The notes beneath the pieces are model-generated. The model was not told the DNA's origin. It saw only the letters and a list, made by a program, of their open reading frames with translations, and made no database searches. A stretch of 13,965 bases of DNA from NCBI GenBank assembly GCA_040386535.1, contig JAZKFH010000071.1, positions 12,672-26,636 on the forward strand. The letters are read 5' to 3'. Both the position numbers and the translations under genes were made by a program. This DNA is from Myxococcota bacterium. GTDB taxonomy: Bacteria; Myxococcota_A; UBA796; SXON01. Position 1 is the stretch's first letter, and each line of letters opens with the position of its first letter. Shown here piece by piece: positions 8,034-13,965 of the stretch.

Positions 8034-9464
8034 GTGACCCCCGCCGGCCGCGTGGGCCTCGTCCTCGGGCCGGCGCTGTTCGTGCTCGTGGCGTTCGGCC
8101 CCATTCCCGACGTGCTCGCGGGGCCGCCCCAGCGCGCGCTCGGCGTCATGGCGCTGTGCATGGTGTGGTGGCTCACCTCGCCGGTGGCGCTGCCGATCAC
8201 CTCCCTGCTCGGCATGGCGCTGCTCCCGCTGCTCGGCGTGCTCGACAAGAACGAGGCCGTGGCCCTGTTCGGCAACCAGTCCGTCTTCTTCGTCATCGCC
8301 GCCTTCATCCTCGCCGCGGTCACCATCCGCACCGGCCTGTCCACCCGCGTGACCCTCTGGGCGCTGCGCCGCTTCGCCCGCTCCGAGGACGTGCTCGCCG
8401 CCGCCCTCCTGCTCGTCGCCACGCTGCTCACCACGATCGTCGTGAGCCACGCCGTCGCCGCGCTGCTGCTCCCCATCCTCCTCGAGACCCTGCGCGCCCT
8501 CGGCCTCGAGCCCGGCTCCCGCTTCGCGCGGCGCCTGCTCCTGTCGATGGCGTGGGGCACCATCTGCGGCTCGAACCTCACGCTGCTCTCCAGCGCCCGC
8601 GCGTCGCTCGCCGTCGGCATCTACGAGTCGTGGAACGTCGCCCACGGCGTCGCCGCCCCGCCCATCACCTTCGGCGAATACTCCGCCGCGACCGCGCCCA
8701 TCGCCGTCTTCACCACGATCGTGGCGTACTTCCTGCTGCGCTGGGCGTTTCCGCCGGAGGGCCTCGACATGACGCCCGCGGTGCGGCGGCTGGTGTCGCG
8801 GGCCACGGCGCTCGGGCCGGTCAGCGTGCGCGAGGGGTTCACCGCCGCCACGATCGTCGTCATGGTCGTCGCGCTCGTGGTGTTCGGCCCCACCTACGGC
8901 CTCGGCACCATCGCGCTCTGCGCGGCCGCGGTGTTGTTCGTGGCGCAGGTCATCCGGTGGGAGGACGCCGAGAGCTTCGTCAACTGGGGTGTCGCGCTCT
9001 TGTACGGCGGCGCCATCGCCGTGGCCGCGGCCCTCGAGAAGACCCACGCCGTCGAGATCATCGTGCAGACCTGGATCCCCGTCGACCGCTTCAGCCCCCT
9101 GGGGTTCGTCCTCCTCCTCACGCTCGTGGCGGCCGTGCTCACCGAGTTCGCCTCCAACGCCGCGGTCATCGCGTTGTTCCTCCCCATGTGCCTCACCCTC
9201 GCGCCCGAGGTCGGCATCGACGGGCGCGCCATGGTGTTCCTGCTGCCGGCCGCGGCGGGGCTCGGGTACGCCATGCCCATGGGCACCCCCGCCATGGCGA
9301 TGGTGTTCGGCACCGGGTATCTCCGCACGCGCGATTCGCTGCTTCCCGGCCTGACGCTGACGTTTCTCGGCGCCGTGGCCATGGTTGGGATCGTGTACCT
9401 GGTGTGGCCGGCGCTGGGCATCGTCGCCTTCCTCGCCGCCCCCGCCATCCCCGAAGGGCCATGA
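8034..9464 (+). CDS. DASS/SLC13 family anion transporter
   Basis: Polytopic hydrophobic protein with WWLTSPVALPITSLL, IRTGLSTR, VNWGVALLYGGAIA, LTEFASNAA, AMPMGTP..A.VFGTG. RBS GGAGG about 7-8 nt before the GTG start. Confidence 0.92.
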   Translation: MTPAGRVGLVLGPALFVLVAFGPIPDVLAGPPQRALGVMALCMVWWLTSPVALPITSLLGMALLPLLGVLDKNEAVALFGNQSVFFVIAAFILAAVTIRTGLSTRVTLWALRRFARSEDVLAAALLLVATLLTTIVVSHAVAALLLPILLETLRALGLEPGSRFARRLLLSMAWGTICGSNLTLLSSARASLAVGIYESWNVAHGVAAPPITFGEYSAATAPIAVFTTIVAYFLLRWAFPPEGLDMTPAVRRLVSRATALGPVSVREGFTAATIVVMVVALVVFGPTYGLGTIALCAAAVLFVAQVIRWEDAESFVNWGVALLYGGAIAVAAALEKTHAVEIIVQTWIPVDRFSPLGFVLLLTLVAAVLTEFASNAAVIALFLPMCLTLAPEVGIDGRAMVFLLPAAAGLGYAMPMGTPAMAMVFGTGYLRTRDSLLPGLTLTFLGAVAMVGIVYLVWPALGIVAFLAAPAIPEGP

Positions 9465-9964
9465 AGCCGCACCGCATCCTGCTCGTCATGGGGACCACGC
9501 GCTGGAGCCAGGCGCTCACCGCCCAGGCCATCGCGGAGGCCGCCGCCGCCGACACGCGCGGGGAGACCGTCGAGCTCGACGTCCTCTACATCATCGAGCA
9601 GGACGAGCTCGATCGCGTGTACCGCTCCGTGGGCGAGTCCGGCTTCCTCGGCGTCCGCCCGCAGGCCGAGATCACCAGCCTCCTGCTCCAGGAGCACCTC
9701 CGCGTCGCCGCCCACCGCATCGCGGAGGCCCGCCGCGCCGTCGAGGAGCGCGGCTTCCACTCCACCGAGCGCCACGTCGCCGGCACCTACGACGCCGAGG
9801 TGCGCCGCGCCGCCACCACCGGCCACTACGACGTCATCTTCCTCTCGCGCTCGGATCAGCCCTTCCTCTCGCGGTTCTTCTTCGGCTCCGAGACCGACCG
9901 CGTGGCGCGCTGGGCGCGGGAGGAGGGCTACGGCAAGGTGGTGGTCGAGGAGGGGGAGGAGTGA
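9461..9964 (+). CDS. Universal stress protein (Usp) domain protein, 167 aa
   Basis: RILLVMG..S..A start, [30 protein letters not shown] (Usp GS motif). ATGA overlap with the transporter stop codon. Confidence 0.82.
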   Translation: MKPHRILLVMGTTRWSQALTAQAIAEAAAADTRGETVELDVLYIIEQDELDRVYRSVGESGFLGVRPQAEITSLLLQEHLRVAAHRIAEARRAVEERGFHSTERHVAGTYDAEVRRAATTGHYDVIFLSRSDQPFLSRFFFGSETDRVARWAREEGYGKVVVEEGEE

Positions 9965-10030
9965 TCTCGTTCGTGGGGCGCGAGCGCCGGGGGCGCGTCC
10001 CTGCGGGCCGGTCCCTTGCAGGCTCGCTGC

Positions 10031-10080
10031 GCTCGGTCGGCGCACCGAGCCGCGCCGGACCGGCCGGGCGGACCCGGCCG
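10031..10080. terminator. Two GC hairpins between convergent genes, possible terminator or RNA-stabilising stems
   Basis: GCTCGGT..ACCGAGC (10031-10050) and CGGCCGGG-CGGA-CCCGGCCG (10061-10080). No U-tract, so weak support. Confidence 0.25.
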
Positions 10081-10127
10081 CCTTCCAGGCACCTCGCGCG
10101 GGGCTCCGGAGGTGCGGGAGCGCCGCC

Positions 10128-11714
<1,587 letters not shown>

Positions 11715-12226
11715 CGGGCCCGATGGTACGTGGGGGTGCGCCGGGTGTGAAGTCGGAGCAGGGTGCTCGCTTTTGGATCCGTGAAAGACGCCGGGCGCGA
11801 CCACCCCTTCAGGGTCCGCCCCGCAGCCGCGTCATCTCGGGCCCCCTGCCCCAGGATCACGCAATCGGGGCCGGCGGCGTGGGGCGCTCACGCCGTGCAT
11901 TCGGCCTTCAACACGGCAAACGCTGGGGCGACCCGAAACCGGACCCGGGTGCAGCAGCGCCACGTCGAGCGTGCGCCCTGTACCCCCTCCTATAGCAACC
12001 AGGCGTGCCCCCGAGCTTGCCAAGGCGAAGGGTCTCTTTCCGTGACCGCCGGCCGGCCGACGTTGGGCGCGCGGCGGCGTCGGGCGCTGCAAGGGCACCC
12101 TGATCACGTTCGCCTCGCACGGCGCCAACTTGTGCCGCCGGGAGCGGCGCGGGCCGGCCGAAGCGGATCACATCCGCGTGGCCGTTGCGGGCGCACCCCC
12201 TGTGGACGTGCCTCCGGGCCCCCGGG

Positions 12227-12238
12227 TAGCGTCCCCGC
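12227..12238 (+). promoter_or_regulatory. Putative -10 element of a leaderless promoter
   Basis: TAGCGT (TAnnnT) 6 nt before ATG 12239; no Shine-Dalgarno sequence. Confidence 0.45.
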
Positions 12239-12750
12239 ATGCGTGAGCCCCTCCGGGTCGTGTTCGTGTGCACCGGGAACATCTGTCGCTCGCCCTCGGC
12301 CCACGCGGTGTTGGAGAGCTCCTTGGCGCGCGAGCGGGCCCGCGGCGAGGCGTGGGCCGACCGTGTGCTCGTCGAGTCGGCGGGCACCGGCAGCTGGCAC
12401 GCGGGCGAGCTCCCCACCGCCGCGACGCGCTCCGAGAGCGCGCGGCCACGCGGTGGCGCATCGCGCGGCGGGTGCGCCCCGCGGACTTCGACGCGGGCGG
12501 TCTCGTCGTCGCCATGGCCGCCGAGCACCACCACGACCTGCTCCGCCTCGCGGCTACGACCCCGCGCGCGTGGTGCTGTTCCGCGCCTTCGACCCCGCGG
12601 CGGCCGGCCACCCCGACGTGAGGACCCCTACCATGCCCCTACCATGGCGGCCCCGCCGACTTCGTGGAGATGTTCGTCGTCATCGTGCGCGGCATGCCGG
12701 CCCTCCTCGCGCGGATCCGAGGCGTGGCGCTGGGCGAGCCCGTCGGCTGA
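12239..12750 (+). pseudogene. Low-molecular-weight protein-tyrosine phosphatase (PtpA/Wzb-like), frameshifted
   Basis: Intact VFVCTGNICRSP P-loop and VESAGTGSWHAGE. The remainder is spread over all three frames (HRA / RRVRPADFD..LVVAM / RVVLFRAFDP..HPDV / EDPYH / PYHGGPADFVEMF..LLARIR), about five shifts, stop TGA at 12748-12750. Confidence 0.88.
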
Positions 12751-13257
12751 CCGGTCGCGCTCGCCACCGCCCGAGGGCGCTCACCACCGCTCGAGCTGAC
12801 GCTGAACTCGCATCCCTCGCGTCCAGCGCGCCGAACTCGGGGGATGGCCCCGAATCGGGCGAGTTCGACGCGTCCCGCGCGCCGAACTCGTGGGATGGCC
12901 GCTCAATGCCCATGCACTTCCCTCAGGCGCCCGTGCAGATCAGCAGGCCGTCGCTCCCGAGGTTTTCCGAGCCCACCGCCGACGCCCCGATCGCGGGCCG
13001 CCGTGAGGGCCAACCGCAGGGTCATCGGTCATGTCCCCATGAATGCACGTGGCACGGAGTCATGCCGGGTTGAATGCTCGGATCCAGGCTGCGACGGCCC
13101 ACGGGCTGCCGAAAAACGCCCTTGGTTTCGTGGTGGCAGCCGTGGGAAGCCCTGACTTGACGGGAATGAACCAGGTTTAGCGGCGTTCACGGTGGCATGA
13201 CTCCGATTTAGCGGCGTTGAGGGGGGCATGACCCCGCCCTCGATGCGCTCGTGCTCA
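12741..13257. repeat. Long structured repeat, copy 1
   Basis: Matches 13465-13965 at offset 724 at the start and 709/708 in the core. Only one substitution seen in 13028-13257 versus 13736-13965. Confidence 0.95.
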
Positions 13258-13464
13258 CGCGTTGAGCGAGGTGCATCGGCATTGACCGCTCATCGGGCGA
13301 GCTCGGCACGCCCCACGTCGTCGCGACGACCTCGCGTTGTTCGCTTTGTGTTCGGGGCATCACGCCAGCCCATCCCCCAACACCCCGCCCGCCGCCCACG
13401 GCCCAGGCCGACACCCTCGCCTTCGACCTCGTCGCGCCCCGACACCCGACGTGGACGCGCTCCT

Positions 13465-13965
13465 CGTCGGCTGACCGGTCGCGGGGGCGCTCGCCACCGC
13501 CCGAGCCGACGCTGAACTCGCATCCCTCGCGTCCAGCGCGCTGAACCCGGGGGATGACCGCTTCCGGTGAGTTCGGCGCGCCCAGCGCGCCGAACTCGGG
13601 GGGATGACTGCTCAATGCCTATGCACTTCCCTCAGGCGCCCGTGCAGATCAGCAGGCCGTCGCTCCCGAGGTTTCCCGAGCCCACCGCCGACGCCCCGAT
13701 CGCGGGCCGCCGGAGGGGCAACCGCAGGGTCATAGGTCATGTCCCCATGAATGCACGCGGCACGGAGTCATGCCGGGTTGAATGCTCGGATCCAGGCTGC
13801 GACGGCCCACGGGCTGCCGAAAAACGCCCTTGGTTTCGTGGTGGCAGCCGTGGGAAGCCCTGACTTGACGGGAATGAACCAGGTTTAGCGGCGTTCACGG
13901 TGGCATGACTCCGATTTAGCGGCGTTGAGGGGGGCATGACCCCGCCCTCGATGCGCTCGTGCTCA
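13465..13965. repeat. Long structured repeat, copy 2 (runs off the window end)
   Basis: Direct repeat of 12741-13257; identical 66-aa shadow ORFs at 13029-13229 and 13737-13937. Confidence 0.95.

Noticed and set aside
11910..11960. GGCAAAC followed by a GCGA-capped stem, resembling a c-di-GMP-I riboswitch
   Set aside because: The downstream GACGCAAAG element and P3 stem are missing; an Infernal search with RF01051 would settle it.
11995..12012. Sigma54-like GGCACG..TTGCT on the minus strand, and TGGCACG..ATGC at 13050-13065
   Set aside because: GG-to-GC spacing is 11 nt rather than the required 10.
12844..13937. Duplicated small ORFs (66-135 aa) in the right array
   Set aside because: No codon bias or family motifs, and an indel between the copies shifts frames; they reflect DNA duplication only.

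Overview
Very GC-rich bacterial DNA. The Asp-Thr-repeat FG-GAP lipoprotein and the codon style suggest a Myxococcota/deltaproteobacterial-type organism (inference). Eight credible protein genes: an M1-aminopeptidase-like/Omp85 beta-barrel fusion with a problematic start, a hypothetical protein, an orphan beta-class amino-DNA methyltransferase abutting a stand-alone 2-oxoacid dehydrogenase E2-type acyltransferase domain, a degenerate HPt-REC-REC-GGDEF protein with an intact I-site, a divergent DASS/SLC13 transporter coupled to a universal stress protein, and an FG-GAP lipoprotein. There is also a multiply frameshifted low-molecular-weight tyrosine phosphatase pseudogene. The most unusual content is non-coding. 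Both window ends hold structured repeat arrays: 328-bp units with 38-bp hairpins at 1-744, and ~710-bp units with nested inverted repeats and 31-bp-spaced boxes at 12741-13965. The two arrays share an exact 18-bp box. A third small hairpin array lies at 3701-3873. No transposase, cas gene, tRNA or rRNA was recognised. Protein calls come from motif recognition by eye, not database searches.
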